64,000 nt of DNA from an uncultured Verrucomicrobiae bacterium (GCA_963837955.1 CAWIPH010000002.1:4064001-4128000), one strand, 5' to 3'; shown: positions 18,949 to 29,751, counted from the first letter of the stretch. Program-made: numbers and translations. Notes: generated by a model not told the origin, from the sequence alone.

Positions 18949-19413
18949 TCAGAACCACCATCGCTCAGTCTTTATCAATACTCCACGAAACGGCCAATCT
19001 CGGACTCGCTTTACAAGCCCGGCGCGCACGGGGTTTTCGTCCATGTAGATTCGCTTTTCAACGGCGCCTTCGAAACAGCGGATGCGATGATGAAACGATC
19101 CGGCCTGCCACCGGCAATTGGGATTCCTTAGCACACGTGCTACACCGCGTTTCCAGCACGTGATCCAGTCATCAAAAGCGATTGGTTCTGCAGTCGGTTC
19201 GGCGAAGAAATGTACATGGTCCGGCATGATAACGTAAGCGCTCACAATCCAGGCGTTATGGCGTCGCCACACAGAACGAAGCGCGCCATGCACCCGCTGC
19301 GTAGCTAGCCATCGCTTTCGCCTCTTCGTGCATATTGTTGCCAGTACCAGGGTGGGGAGAGTTTCGTCTTCGATGACGCCTCGCGCCGGGCGACGCCTTT
19401 CATTGTATAACAT
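18949..19413 (-). mobile_element. REP-associated tyrosine transposase (RAYT, Y1 HUH family)
   Basis: ATICT, YVIMPDHVH (HUH), WQ, YMDENPVRAGLV (catalytic Tyr), DWP; flanked by inverted REPs. Confidence 0.88.
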
Positions 19414-19448
19414 ATCAAAAGATTGTAGCTAATAAGGCGCCGAACTCA

Positions 19449-19504
19449 AGGCACGAACGGCTCAAGCCGATCCCGCTGAAACGGCATCAGGCTTTCGCCC
19501 TACC
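19449..19504 (-). repeat. Right GTAG-type REP/inverted repeat flanking the RAYT
   Basis: Reverse complement reads GGTAGGGCGAAAGCCTGATGCC...CGTGCCT. Confidence 0.8.
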
Positions 19505-19578
19505 GTCTGGGCGCCCACGAAAGTTGCAACCGCGCTGCCCTGGTGCGACATACATCGCCACCTTTATTTTCCGAACTG

Positions 19579-21378
19579 ATGGCTCACATTCCGACTCGCG
19601 ATGAAATTGCCGCTGCTGACACCTGGGATCTCACTCCTCTCTTTCAAACCGAATCCGAGTACCAGGCAGCACTGGCCGACCTCCGAAAAGCGATTCCACT
19701 GTATGAACAGTTTAAGGTTCGCTTCACCGAGACAGCAGAGGAGCTATCCAAGTGCCTCGAGTTCGATAAATCCGTTGATCTCATCGCGGAGCGACTCGGT
19801 CACTATGCCTCACTCAAATATGCGGAAGACGGTTCGAATCACGAGCATTTAGCTCGCCGAACCGAATTGGCAAACGTGGGGACCAGGCATAGGGAAGCTT
19901 CAGCGTTTATCGGGCCTGGCATTCAGGCGATTCCAGACGCCGTCTTCGAAGCGTTTTTGGATGATCCAGTTCTTGCGGACTGGCGCCGAGCTCTAATTCG
20001 GCTGCGGCGTTACCGGCCGCACACCTTGTCCGAGCCGGAAGAGAAAATCCTTGCGGCAGGGTCGACTGTTATTCGTGGGCACCACGAAACGTTTTCTCAG
20101 CTCACTAATGTAGACATGAAATTCGGTGTAGTGGTGGGCGCAGAGGGTGAGGAGATTCCACTCTCGCAGAGCTCCTACGTGTCGCTTCTGCAAAAACAAG
20201 ACCGGCAAATCCGGCAGCGGGCATTTACGCAGTTTTACCAAGAGTTTTCCGACCATCGATATACGCTGGCGTCTTCTTTAGCAGCCTCGATCCGAGGTAA
20301 CGTTTTTTACGCTAGAATGCGGCGCTATCCATCGGCTCGAGAAGCCTCGTTATTTAGTGATGACGTTCCTGTGGCAGTATACGACAACCTGATCTCCACC
20401 GTGCGTGATCACCTGCCGGTGCTGCACGAATATTACGCGCTACGCCGAGAGATACTGCAAATCGATGAAATCCACCAGTACGATACCTTCGTACCATTGG
20501 TCCCAAAGGTGGCGAAGCACGTCCCATTCAACGAAGCGATCCAGCTGGTTACGGAATCGTTGCAACCGCTCGGGAGAGAATATGTCGATATTCTTCGTCA
20601 AGGACTGAACGACCGCTGGGTAGACCGGTACGAAACGAAAGGCAAGCGCAGCGGGGCGTTTTCTTCTTCCAGCTATGGGAACGCACCGTATATCCTGATG
20701 AACTATCGGCCCGACGTTTTTTCAGACGTGTTCACTCTCGCTCATGAGAGCGGGCATTCCATGCACAGCTGGTATTCGCAGCAGCATCAACTTTTTCAGG
20801 ACTATAGTTATCCTATATTTCTCGCCGAGGTCGCTTCTACCTTTAACGAAGAGCTCTTAACCCACCATCTACTTCAGCGCGCAGAAGACCTGAGTTTGCG
20901 GGCTTATCTCATCGACCGTCAGATCGAGGACATTCGCTCGGTTTTGTTTCGTCAAACGATGTTTGCCGAGTTTGAAAAGGAGACGCACCAACGCGAGGAA
21001 GAAGGGCGTCCCCTGACTCTCGATGTGTTCGAATCGATTTATCGTGAACTGCTTCAGGCCTATTACGGACCCGACTTTGCTCTTGATCCAGAGCTGAATA
21101 TCGAATGTCTCCGGATCCCCCACTTCTACTCGGCATTTTATGTCTATAAATATGCCACAGGAATCTCTGCTGCTATTGCGTTGGCCAAGAGGGTTCTGGA
21201 AGGCGGAGATCAGGCCGTCGAAGAGTATCTCGGCTTTCTCAAATCCGGCGGCGCAAAATTTCCGATAGAGACTTTGCGGGCGGCCGGTGTGGATATGTTG
21301 ACCCCGGAACCGGTGGAACGAGCAATTGAGCTGTTTGGCCGGCGTTTGAAAGAATTGAGAGAGTTATTGGTCCATTGA
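19579..21378 (+). CDS. pepF: Oligoendopeptidase F (peptidase M3B)
   Basis: TWDLTPLF, GKRSGAFS, TLAHESGHSMHS (HExxH), AEVASTFNE, RIPHFY..FYVYKYATG. Confidence 0.95.
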   Translation: MAHIPTRDEIAAADTWDLTPLFQTESEYQAALADLRKAIPLYEQFKVRFTETAEELSKCLEFDKSVDLIAERLGHYASLKYAEDGSNHEHLARRTELANVGTRHREASAFIGPGIQAIPDAVFEAFLDDPVLADWRRALIRLRRYRPHTLSEPEEKILAAGSTVIRGHHETFSQLTNVDMKFGVVVGAEGEEIPLSQSSYVSLLQKQDRQIRQRAFTQFYQEFSDHRYTLASSLAASIRGNVFYARMRRYPSAREASLFSDDVPVAVYDNLISTVRDHLPVLHEYYALRREILQIDEIHQYDTFVPLVPKVAKHVPFNEAIQLVTESLQPLGREYVDILRQGLNDRWVDRYETKGKRSGAFSSSSYGNAPYILMNYRPDVFSDVFTLAHESGHSMHSWYSQQHQLFQDYSYPIFLAEVASTFNEELLTHHLLQRAEDLSLRAYLIDRQIEDIRSVLFRQTMFAEFEKETHQREEEGRPLTLDVFESIYRELLQAYYGPDFALDPELNIECLRIPHFYSAFYVYKYATGISAAIALAKRVLEGGDQAVEEYLGFLKSGGAKFPIETLRAAGVDMLTPEPVERAIELFGRRLKELRELLVH

Positions 21379-22101
21379 GCCATCAGGAATCTAGCAGCTA
21401 GAAGATCCGGGATGGTGGCAGCAAACCCTTCTCAAAAAGAAATTTAACCCATTCCGGGCAGAGCGGTACAGTCCGGTACGCAACGCCTGAATCGGACTAT
21501 TAAAGGCCCGACCGGGAGCTTTCGCCCATTGATTGTGTTTCGGCTCGCTCGCCCAAAACGTCCCAGTCGCTCGGCAGCGAGCTTTACATCCCGTTAGGGT
21601 CTGCACTGCTCATCCAACGCTTTCGCAATTTTGTGAATCCTTTCTCGCTAAATTTCATAGGCTCTAAACTGGCTAGATGACCAAACCCGTGCTATAAACT
21701 TCAGGCAGCTGACGAGCTAAAAAAATCGAACCAACAGAGTTCTGAAACGGGGGGGTTACCGTGAATAAAATAGCAACAGGGGAAGGTGTTGAAAGACTCG
21801 AAGAAAACGAAGCAGAAAAGCTCAGCGTCTCGAATATTCCGAGGCTAAGCGCAGAAGAGCTTTTTCGCCTGGCAGCACAGATCGAAGTTCGCTCTCCCAA
21901 GGGCGCAGAAACCGATTCGCCGAGCACGATTTTTTATCCTTACATCGAGTAATTGGGGAATTTGCGGGAGAGCCGCAACGCGGCCGCACTTCCTTCATCG
22001 TCTTTGTTCTCGACTGCGGTCGGTCGAAGCGCAGCCTCAGCGTCTCTCCGAGGTTCGGAGGCCCGTCCGGCAGTTGCCTCGCGGACGCGAGACCCAACGC
22101 G

Positions 22102-22224
22102 GGGAGGGATCGCGTCCCCGCGATCCCTTGTGGCCGGACCCAAGCGCATTTGTATACCAAGGGTTAAATTGCGTCCCCCAGGTTAGAGATCGTTTTCTCG
22201 GCGCGCGGGGACGCGCGCCCTCCC
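22102..22224. repeat. Inverted pair of GGAG-led REP-like hairpins
   Basis: GGGAG-GGATCGCG-TCCC-CGCGATCC at 22102-22126 and, on the minus strand, GGGAG-GGCGCGCG-TCCC-CGCGCGCC at 22200-22224. Confidence 0.7.
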
Positions 22225-22365
22225 GGCGATGGAGCAGGCAAACCATTCTTAAGTTGACGCGTATGGGCAGTTGCCGGACGCCCGGAAACTATCGAGTGCG
22301 CACCCAGGAATCGAGCCCAAGGATTCTGGAGTCGGGAGCAACCCCGGATATTGCAGGCATTTTCC

Positions 22366-23391
22366 CTAATACGAAGCCTGAGCGCCTGTAATATTTTTGC
22401 GGTGTATCCACGGCATTAGTGACCGCAGACGCAAGCCCACTTTCTCGATCGGATGTTTTTGGCCGTCTTTGAGCAACTTCTTGTAATCAGGCAAACCTTT
22501 CTCGTACTCGCCGATCCAACCTTTCGCGAATTTTCCAGATTGGATCTCTTTCAAAGCCCGCTTCATTTTCTTTTTTACAGTACCATCAATAATCGTAGGT
22601 CCGACCGAAACGTCACCCCATTTGGCTGTTTCCGAAATCGAGAACCGCATTCCGGCAATCCCCGACTCATACATTAAATCCACGATCAACTTCAGTTCGT
22701 GCAGGCACTCGAAATAGGCCATTTCGGGTTGGTAACCGGCTTCGATCAGCGTTTCGAATCCATTCTGAACCAGAGCAGTCAAGCCACCGCACAAAACCGT
22801 TTGCTCGCCGAACAAATCGGTCTCGGTCTCTTCCTTGAATGTTGTTTCGAGTACGCCGGCTCGAGTTGCGCCGATGCCTTTGGCCCAAGCCAGAGCAATC
22901 TTCTTAGCTTTTTTTGATGGATTTTGATAAACCGCGATTAAGGCCGGGACCCCTTTGCCTTCCAGATATTGTCGCCGAACGATATGACCGGGTCCCTTCG
23001 GGGCCACCATGATTACGTCCACTTCGGCCGGCGGTTTGACCGTCTGGAAATGGATGGCAAATCCATGACTAAAGAGCAGCGTTTTTCCCAGACGAAGATG
23101 CGGAGCCACCTCCTTTTCGTAGATCGAGGCGATCTTCAAATCCGGAGTAGCGAAGAAAATGATGTCAGCCTTTTTGGCTGCTTCCGCTACTGAGGAAACT
23201 TCAAAACCGTGTTCTTTGGCCACGGCGATCGATTTGCTACCCTCGTGCAAACCGACAATGACGTCCACCCCACTGTCTTTGAGATTCAGTGCGTGGGCAT
23301 GACCTTGCGACCCGAAACCGATCACTGCACATACCTTTCCATGCAGGTTGTTCAGGTCCGCGTCTTTATCTGTGTAGACTTTTGCTGGCAT
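22366..23391 (-). CDS. ilvC: Ketol-acid reductoisomerase
   Basis: [42 protein letters not shown]. Confidence 0.97.
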   Translation of the reverse strand: MPAKVYTDKDADLNNLHGKVCAVIGFGSQGHAHALNLKDSGVDVIVGLHEGSKSIAVAKEHGFEVSSVAEAAKKADIIFFATPDLKIASIYEKEVAPHLRLGKTLLFSHGFAIHFQTVKPPAEVDVIMVAPKGPGHIVRRQYLEGKGVPALIAVYQNPSKKAKKIALAWAKGIGATRAGVLETTFKEETETDLFGEQTVLCGGLTALVQNGFETLIEAGYQPEMAYFECLHELKLIVDLMYESGIAGMRFSISETAKWGDVSVGPTIIDGTVKKKMKRALKEIQSGKFAKGWIGEYEKGLPDYKKLLKDGQKHPIEKVGLRLRSLMPWIHRKNITGAQASY

Positions 23392-23903
23392 AGAATGATT
23401 CCGTTGTCAGGAAATAGAAGCGCACTCACTCCGACTCGGTCCATGGCAACCCGACCGGTCCGGGTCAGATCGCTAATGCCGAAGTTCTCCATGAGTTTGA
23501 GGAACTTCGTGATCTTGCTCTCGTTGCCGGTGATTTCGATGGCGAGACGTTTCGGTTGAACGTCGACAATTTTGGCTCGAAAAATATCGCAGATTTGCAT
23601 GACTTCGGAACGAGTTTGCGAATCCGCTTTCACCCGAAGCATCACCAGCTCGCGGTCTACAAACTGACCGTCCCGAAAGTCCTGAATTTCTATTACGTCC
23701 ACTAGTTTGCTGAGTTGCCTCGTTACCTGTTCCAGGACGGTATCGTCTCCGCGGACAACGATCGTCATGCGCGAGGTTGAAGGGTCGTTGGCAGGCGCGA
23801 CATTCAAGCTATCGATATTGAATCCGCGCCCACTGAACATTCCTGCGATCCGGGCAAGGACGCCGAATCGGTTCTCCACCAGGATAGAGATTGTGTGACG
23901 CAT
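23352..23903 (-). CDS. ilvN: Acetolactate synthase small (regulatory) subunit
   Basis: [44 protein letters not shown]. Confidence 0.93.
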   Translation of the reverse strand: MRHTISILVENRFGVLARIAGMFSGRGFNIDSLNVAPANDPSTSRMTIVVRGDDTVLEQVTRQLSKLVDVIEIQDFRDGQFVDRELVMLRVKADSQTRSEVMQICDIFRAKIVDVQPKRLAIEITGNESKITKFLKLMENFGISDLTRTGRVAMDRVGVSALLFPDNGIILCQQKSTQIKTRT

Positions 23904-24110
23904 AGTTAAGGGGGGAAATCATCCGGCGAACCGCCGCAAAATCAATAAAAAACATGGGAATTTCCGCGGCTTGGCAGCGTGCGGAGGCGGGGCGGTCCCA
24001 CCATATCAAAATCCACCCAGATCGCCCGATAGCCTATTTGCTCTCAACTTTCCCTTCTGGTCTCTGCCGAGTTGTCTAGGCCGGCCTATCATGCCATCGT
24101 CGCGCCGGGT

Positions 24111-24704
24111 ATGACCATTTTCACTGCTCCGACAAAACGCTACGAGGGATACATCTTTGATTGTGACGGGACCTTAGCGCACTCGATGCCACTTCACTAT
24201 CTGGCTTGGAAGAGGGCAGTGGCAGAGGCAGGCGGGCAGATTCCTGAAGATCTTTTTTACAGTCTCGGAGGATTTCCCAGCCGAAGTATCGTTTCTCTTT
24301 TGAACGAGAAATTCGGGTCGCACATGGACCCAGAGGCTGTGGCAACGTTGAAGGAAAAATATTATGTCGATCTTTTGACCGAGGTTGCTCCAATTGACGA
24401 AGTGGTCACGTTTGCCAGAGAAGTTGCCCTTTTTGCCAAGGTGGCTGTCGCGTCGGGCGGCATCTTGCCCGTCGTTCTAAAGACACTGGATAGTATTGGC
24501 TTCGATGGCTTCTTTTCGGTGGTCGTCACCAGCGAACAGGTACCCCGTGGCAAACCGTATCCGGACATGTTTCTTGAAGCTGCCCGCCGCCTCGATGTTT
24601 CACCCGCGGCTTGCCTGGTTTTGGAAGATAGTCCGGCCGGTTTCGAAGCGGCCGTAGCCGCTGGTATGGATTACGCGGTAGTGGCGCGACCGGCGAGGGC
24701 GTAA
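24111..24704 (+). CDS. HAD-superfamily phosphatase (YqaB/beta-PGM-like)
   Basis: IFDCDGTL, GKPYPDMFL, VLEDSPAG. Confidence 0.88.
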   Translation: MTIFTAPTKRYEGYIFDCDGTLAHSMPLHYLAWKRAVAEAGGQIPEDLFYSLGGFPSRSIVSLLNEKFGSHMDPEAVATLKEKYYVDLLTEVAPIDEVVTFAREVALFAKVAVASGGILPVVLKTLDSIGFDGFFSVVVTSEQVPRGKPYPDMFLEAARRLDVSPAACLVLEDSPAGFEAAVAAGMDYAVVARPARA

Positions 24705-24745
24705 CGGCGTATCGGCGGAACCTGGAAATCCTTGAGGACTGGAGT

Positions 24746-25438
24746 TCACAATGTCGCTACGTAAAGCCCGCGCGACATCAATCCTTCCTCTAAATATTCG
24801 ACTCGCAGGCCTGCGTTTCGAAAAAAATTGGACCATTGCTCTCGGTTAAGGAGCCGCAATTCATGTCGCTCGGTCGCGTATCTTACGTCGGCTCCGTTTA
24901 CGAACAGATAATGCGCATCGAGGAATGAACGATCACCGTCCCGTTTGCTACTCATCACGCGGCAAACTTTCCGCTCCCCATCCTCGGCCGCGACCAGATC
25001 AGCGGGTCTGCTAAGCCAAGCACCCGATTCAATCCACGGCTCAATGAAGATCGCGCCACCAGGTTTAAGGTGATTCCTGAAGCAGGACAGCGCTGATCTG
25101 ATCGACCCGTCGTCAAGCAGATATCCGACAGAGCTAAATAGGCAAAGGATGACATCGAATTTCGTTCCCAACTGAAACCGACTCATGTCACCAACATGAA
25201 AGTCCGCTTGCGGAAGTTTCTTCTTTGCGAGCCGGATGAATGCCGGATCGATGTCGAGTCCCGCCGTTTGGTACTCCGACAAGAATCGCACATGTTCCGC
25301 TGTGCCACAGGCGACATCCAGTATCGATCGAGCCCCGGGAACATATCTCGCGAACAAATCGCGCAACTTCTCAGCTTCTCCTCGGTAATTCTTCGATCGG
25401 TAGATGAGATCGTAGTATTCGGCGGATTCGGAAAACAT
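24746..25438 (-). CDS. Class I SAM-dependent methyltransferase (TylM1/DesVI-like)
   Basis: AEYYDLIY..KNY, ILDVACGTAEH, GDM, CLFSSVGY, HLKPGG..IEPW. Confidence 0.85.
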   Translation of the reverse strand: MFSESAEYYDLIYRSKNYRGEAEKLRDLFARYVPGARSILDVACGTAEHVRFLSEYQTAGLDIDPAFIRLAKKKLPQADFHVGDMSRFQLGTKFDVILCLFSSVGYLLDDGSIRSALSCFRNHLKPGGAIFIEPWIESGAWLSRPADLVAAEDGERKVCRVMSSKRDGDRSFLDAHYLFVNGADVRYATERHELRLLNREQWSNFFRNAGLRVEYLEEGLMSRGLYVATL

Positions 25439-25581
25439 GGGGTTAGAAATCCATTTGTTTGGCCCAACCGGGTCCGTTCACGGTCTCGATTCAGAGGTCG
25501 CGGCCAACTTCGCAAGCTTCGGCGCGCCCGAGCATTTAAGGCTGTCCCCACCCAAGGTGTGGCCGCGACGCAGCTATCGTA

Positions 25582-26559
25582 TCAATTTGTAGCTATCGAA
25601 CTTCTGCTACCTGATCGATTCAGTCCCCATAGTAACATCCGTTCGGCATCATCAAAAATCGTGTGATGCGTTCCTCCCAGCTGAACCAAAATTACCTCGC
25701 GCGAACCGTTCGAAGCGCTTGAGATAAGACAACGCCCACTAGGCCCGGTATATCCTGTCTTCATTCCGGTGAACATTGGTGAACGCGCGATCAGCTTGTT
25801 CGTTGCTTCGAAATATCGTTGCCGGCCAGAATTATACGTAAAGGTCAGGCCCGGCATTCGCATATATTCTCGCAACGCCGGAACATGGTAAGCGGCGAAA
25901 GCGATCCGAGCCATGTCGCGAGCGGTCGAGTATTGGCCAGGAATCGGAAGACCATTCGGGTTCACAAAATGACTTTGGGTCGCACCCAACGCAAAAGCCT
26001 TCGCGTTCATCTGCTGCGCGAACCCTGCGATGCTTCCGGCCTCATTCCGGGCAAGGCAAACAGCCGCATCGTTGCAGCTATGAATGAGCAATGCCCCGAG
26101 AAGCTGTCGCTTGGTGTAAGAATCCCCGGGGCGAAATCCCAATTTGGTCGGTTCCACCTGGCAATCGGAAGCGCTGACGCGGTCGACTCCGTCAAGACTG
26201 CCCGATTGATTAATGATCAGAGCGGTCAGCAGTTTTTGCGTGCTGGCTACAGGTCGACGCACATCAGGGTCTTTAAAATAGAGTACCGTCCCGGTCTTCG
26301 CGTCGATCATCATAGCCGAACCGGCAATTGTTTGCGGTGCATCAGCCGGATAAGCCCGCAGTCCGGCTGCACCGGGAGGATCGTCTGCGACTCCTCGCCG
26401 CAGAATCGAGTTTGGCGCGCTTGGTTGCTGGCTGGAGGCATCAGGAAAAGGTTGAACGGGTAGCGCTCGACGAACTGGCTTATCTTCACCGCGAACAATT
26501 GGAAGGGCTCCGCCCGCCAAGACCACACAACTCAAAATGATGGTGATTGAATGCCGCAT
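25582..26559 (-). CDS. D-alanyl-D-alanine carboxypeptidase (peptidase S11)
   Basis: Signal peptide; ASTQK (SxxK), SCN (SxN), FVNPNGL, KTG. Confidence 0.9.
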   Translation of the reverse strand: MRHSITIILSCVVLAGGALPIVRGEDKPVRRALPVQPFPDASSQQPSAPNSILRRGVADDPPGAAGLRAYPADAPQTIAGSAMMIDAKTGTVLYFKDPDVRRPVASTQKLLTALIINQSGSLDGVDRVSASDCQVEPTKLGFRPGDSYTKRQLLGALLIHSCNDAAVCLARNEAGSIAGFAQQMNAKAFALGATQSHFVNPNGLPIPGQYSTARDMARIAFAAYHVPALREYMRMPGLTFTYNSGRQRYFEATNKLIARSPMFTGMKTGYTGPSGRCLISSASNGSREVILVQLGGTHHTIFDDAERMLLWGLNRSGSRSSIATN

Positions 26560-26712
26560 TCGGATTCAGTCATTTACCCATAAATCGGCCCAACGCAATC
26601 GCTGGCTCGCAACAAGCGCGATGTTCGGCGAGACCTGACAGTTCCGCGAACCGGCGCATGGAAGCAGAATTCAATTCAAATCGCGCAACGAAACTGTTAT
26701 GCTACGGCGCCA

Positions 26713-27252
26713 ATGATGTTCCGTGTTGTCTCGTTGGCAGCGCTAGCCGCATCACTACTGCTCGTCGGCTGCGCTGAGCGCTCGCTCCCCGAATACGAAC
26801 CGCCGCTGAAACACAGCGCTTATATGAAGGTTCGCACCACTGCCTATACCCACACCGAAAGCGATCACGTCAAGTATGCCGATTCCAGTGCTCTGGGAAC
26901 GCCGTTGCAATCCGGAGCAATCCGGAGCGCGGCCGGCGACTGGGCTCGCTGGCCGGTTGGAACCAAGTTTATGATTGTGGCTACCGGCCAAACCTACCAG
27001 ATCGATGATTATGGCTGGGCATTGGCCGGAAGAAATACGATCGACCTCTATTGCCCAAACCGATCGGAGATGAACTCGTGGGGGGTGCGACGCGTCACCA
27101 TCCAGATCCTGGAATGGGGAGATCCCTGGCGAGGTTATCACGTGCTCAAACCTCGTTCGGATAATGCGCACGTTCGCCGCATGATGAAAGAGATCGAGCG
27201 ATTCTACGGACTTTTCACGGTTCACCGTGCGCAATTCTCGGTTCTGCGGTAG
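26713..27252 (+). CDS. 3D-domain lipoprotein (lytic transglycosylase-like)
   Basis: Lipobox LLVGC; VRTTAY, AAGD, IDDYG, TIDLY, WG. Confidence 0.75.
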   Translation: MMFRVVSLAALAASLLLVGCAERSLPEYEPPLKHSAYMKVRTTAYTHTESDHVKYADSSALGTPLQSGAIRSAAGDWARWPVGTKFMIVATGQTYQIDDYGWALAGRNTIDLYCPNRSEMNSWGVRRVTIQILEWGDPWRGYHVLKPRSDNAHVRRMMKEIERFYGLFTVHRAQFSVLR

Positions 27253-27372
27253 CGGGCTTCGGGGGTTGGAAATCAGAGGTTTGGCGATTGTGGATTGGCC
27301 GCCGGGTTCCGGAAGGATAACGCGGAGAAGCCACTTTCGCTAAATCACAAAACAGCCGCAATTCGTCGGTAA

Positions 27373-27472
27373 GGTGGTGGCGACTGCGTCAGCGTTAGGC
27401 TCGATTGATTGCTCTCGCGCCAACTTCGGAAATTGGCGCGAAGCACAAGCAAGCCGGGTAGTCGCCGCTACC
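27373..27472. repeat. REP-like inverted repeat with inner hairpin between convergent genes
   Basis: GGTGGTGGCGACTGC pairs imperfectly with GTAGTCGCCGCTACC; inner CGCGCCAA...TTGGCGCG stem. Confidence 0.45.
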
Positions 27473-27485
27473 GTTTCCTTGCTCC

Positions 27486-29600
27486 CTACCGAATATTGTC
27501 CCACAAGAACGCTAGCTGATCCGCGCGTTCTTCAATGATTTTGGCGATCGGTTTGCCGCCGCCATGTCCCGCTTTTGTATCGACTCGAATCAGAATAGGC
27601 TGGTCGCAGCCTTGCGCCGCTTGCAGTGTAGCGGCGAACTTAAATGAATGCCCTGGCACCACGCGGTCATCATGGTCACCGGTCGTGATCAACGTCGGCG
27701 GATAGCAAGTTCCGGGATGAATGTTATGCAATGGCGAGTATTTGATCAGGTACTTGAAGTCATCTGGATTATCTGAACTTCCGTAGTCCGAAATCCAAGC
27801 TGAGCCGATCGTGAACTTCTGGTAACGAAGCATATCAAGCACGCCGACCACCGGAACCGTCGCGCCGAAAAGATCCGGGCGCTGGGTTAGGCATGCGCCA
27901 ATCAACAAACCGCCATTTGATCCGCCAAAAATGCCGAGATGTTTCGGGCTGGTGTATTTCTCTGCGATCAATGTCTCCGCCGCCGCAATAAAATCGTCGA
28001 ACACATTTTGCTTGCGCTCCTTGGTGCCAGCCTGGTGCCAATCCTGCCCATATTCGCCACCCCCGCGTAAGTTCGGTTCAGCGAAAACGCCTCCCTTCTC
28101 CACCCAAGTGAAGTACGAATACGAAAAAGCCGGTTTAACGGAAATGTTGAATCCTCCGTAACCCGTCAACAAAACCGGGTTCGTGCCATCCAACGCGATC
28201 CCTTTGCGGTGGACGATAAACATCGGCACGCGAGTGCCATCCTTCGAATGGTAAAAAATCTGCTTGGTTTCGTAATCATCCGAAGAGATTTGCACAGATG
28301 GCTTTCGGAAAACCTCATTGTTCCCCGTGCTCACGTCGTAACGATAAACGGCTGGCGGAAAGACGAAGGAATCGAAGGAATAGAACAACTCCGGCCGATC
28401 CTGATCTCCGGAGAGCCCGTGTACGGAGCCCATGGTCGGGAGTGGCACTTCCGTTTCAATCTTTCCATCGAGGGAGGCTATCTTGAGCTGGTTTTTTGCG
28501 TCGACGAGGTAGTTGAGGATCAGCTTACCGCCTACCACCTCGGCCTCTTCCAATCGATCATTTGATTCACCCACCACGTCATTTGCAGACGGATGATCGA
28601 GCCGGACCAGATCCACACCAATCACCCTATACTTAGGCGCGCCCTTATCCGTCATTAACAACATGCGATCGCCCACCACCGCGATGAAATCGTATTGGGC
28701 ATCTAATTGTTCGAAAACCGGCAGCAGCGACGAGTTTATCTTGGGATGGGTCGGGTCACCAAGATTCATGACGTACACCGCGCTTTTCGGAGCGGTATTC
28801 GACCGGGCTGTGATGATGAGATACCGCCCGTCCTTAGAAGTAGACGCGAAGAGCAGCCACTCTGGGTGGTCTGGTCTCTCGTAGATAAGCTGATCCTTAT
28901 CCTGCGAATCACCCAGTCGGTGATAATAAATCTTGGGATCATGCAAGCTCTCCAGTTTTTGGCCGGAGGCACTCGAGGGAGCCGGATATTTTGTGTAGAA
29001 AAATCCTAGATTGTCTTTGGTCCAACTGATCCCGGAGAATTTTACCCATCGAACTACGTCAGGCAGATCGTGACCCGTTTGCAGATCACGCACATGCACT
29101 TCGTTCCAATCCGAGCCGCTCGTCTCTAAGCCATACGCGAAGAGCTTGCCGTCGCTACTCAGCGCAGTGGCGCTTACCGAGATTGTCCCATCCGCTGCAA
29201 GCTTGTTGGGATCGAGAACCACCTGCGGTGCATCGCTGAGTTCTTTGACAGTGTAGATGACGTCCTGATTCTGTAGGCCATCATTCTTCTCGTAAATGTA
29301 TCGGCCGCCTTCCCAGTAGGGTGCAGTATACCGCTCAAATTTTAGGAGCTTAGTCAACTTTTGTTGGATATCTTCTCGATCCGGAAGCTTTGCCAGATAA
29401 GGCAGCGAAAGCGCATTCTCTTGGCTGATCCAAGCGATGGTCTCGGGAGAATCCGAGTTTTCCAGCCAGCGGTATGGGTCAGCGACCTTCGTCCCGTGGT
29501 AATCATCCACAGTGTCGCCCTTCTTGGCCTGCGGATATTCGTAATTCTTGGCCATTACAGCGCCGACCGTTAGCAAAAGGAACAAAGCCCCTCGAATCAT
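27486..29600 (-). CDS. Prolyl oligopeptidase (S9A), secreted
   Basis: VADPYRWLE, GYGGF, NLRGGGEYG, GGSNGG, DHDDRV, AGHG. Confidence 0.95.
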   Translation of the reverse strand: MIRGALFLLLTVGAVMAKNYEYPQAKKGDTVDDYHGTKVADPYRWLENSDSPETIAWISQENALSLPYLAKLPDREDIQQKLTKLLKFERYTAPYWEGGRYIYEKNDGLQNQDVIYTVKELSDAPQVVLDPNKLAADGTISVSATALSSDGKLFAYGLETSGSDWNEVHVRDLQTGHDLPDVVRWVKFSGISWTKDNLGFFYTKYPAPSSASGQKLESLHDPKIYYHRLGDSQDKDQLIYERPDHPEWLLFASTSKDGRYLIITARSNTAPKSAVYVMNLGDPTHPKINSSLLPVFEQLDAQYDFIAVVGDRMLLMTDKGAPKYRVIGVDLVRLDHPSANDVVGESNDRLEEAEVVGGKLILNYLVDAKNQLKIASLDGKIETEVPLPTMGSVHGLSGDQDRPELFYSFDSFVFPPAVYRYDVSTGNNEVFRKPSVQISSDDYETKQIFYHSKDGTRVPMFIVHRKGIALDGTNPVLLTGYGGFNISVKPAFSYSYFTWVEKGGVFAEPNLRGGGEYGQDWHQAGTKERKQNVFDDFIAAAETLIAEKYTSPKHLGIFGGSNGGLLIGACLTQRPDLFGATVPVVGVLDMLRYQKFTIGSAWISDYGSSDNPDDFKYLIKYSPLHNIHPGTCYPPTLITTGDHDDRVVPGHSFKFAATLQAAQGCDQPILIRVDTKAGHGGGKPIAKIIEERADQLAFLWDNIR

Positions 29601-29751
29601 AAGCCGCACGGAAGCATGATAATCAAACCGGCGCCAGCTCGAGGCCGGATCGCCGGCACCACACCTTTGAACACGCACATCCTCCTCGCATTTCTTCCTC
29701 CTGCACCTCCCGCTTTACAACTACGATCCGGGGGCACATATTCCGCCCCTT

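Noticed and set aside
18949..19413. IS200/IS605 element with TnpB
   Set aside because: No TnpB/IscB ORF; the NPVRAGL and DWP motifs and inverted GTAG repeats fit a RAYT better
23904..24110. ilv attenuator leader peptide
   Set aside because: No short Ile/Leu/Val-rich ORF followed by a terminator was found
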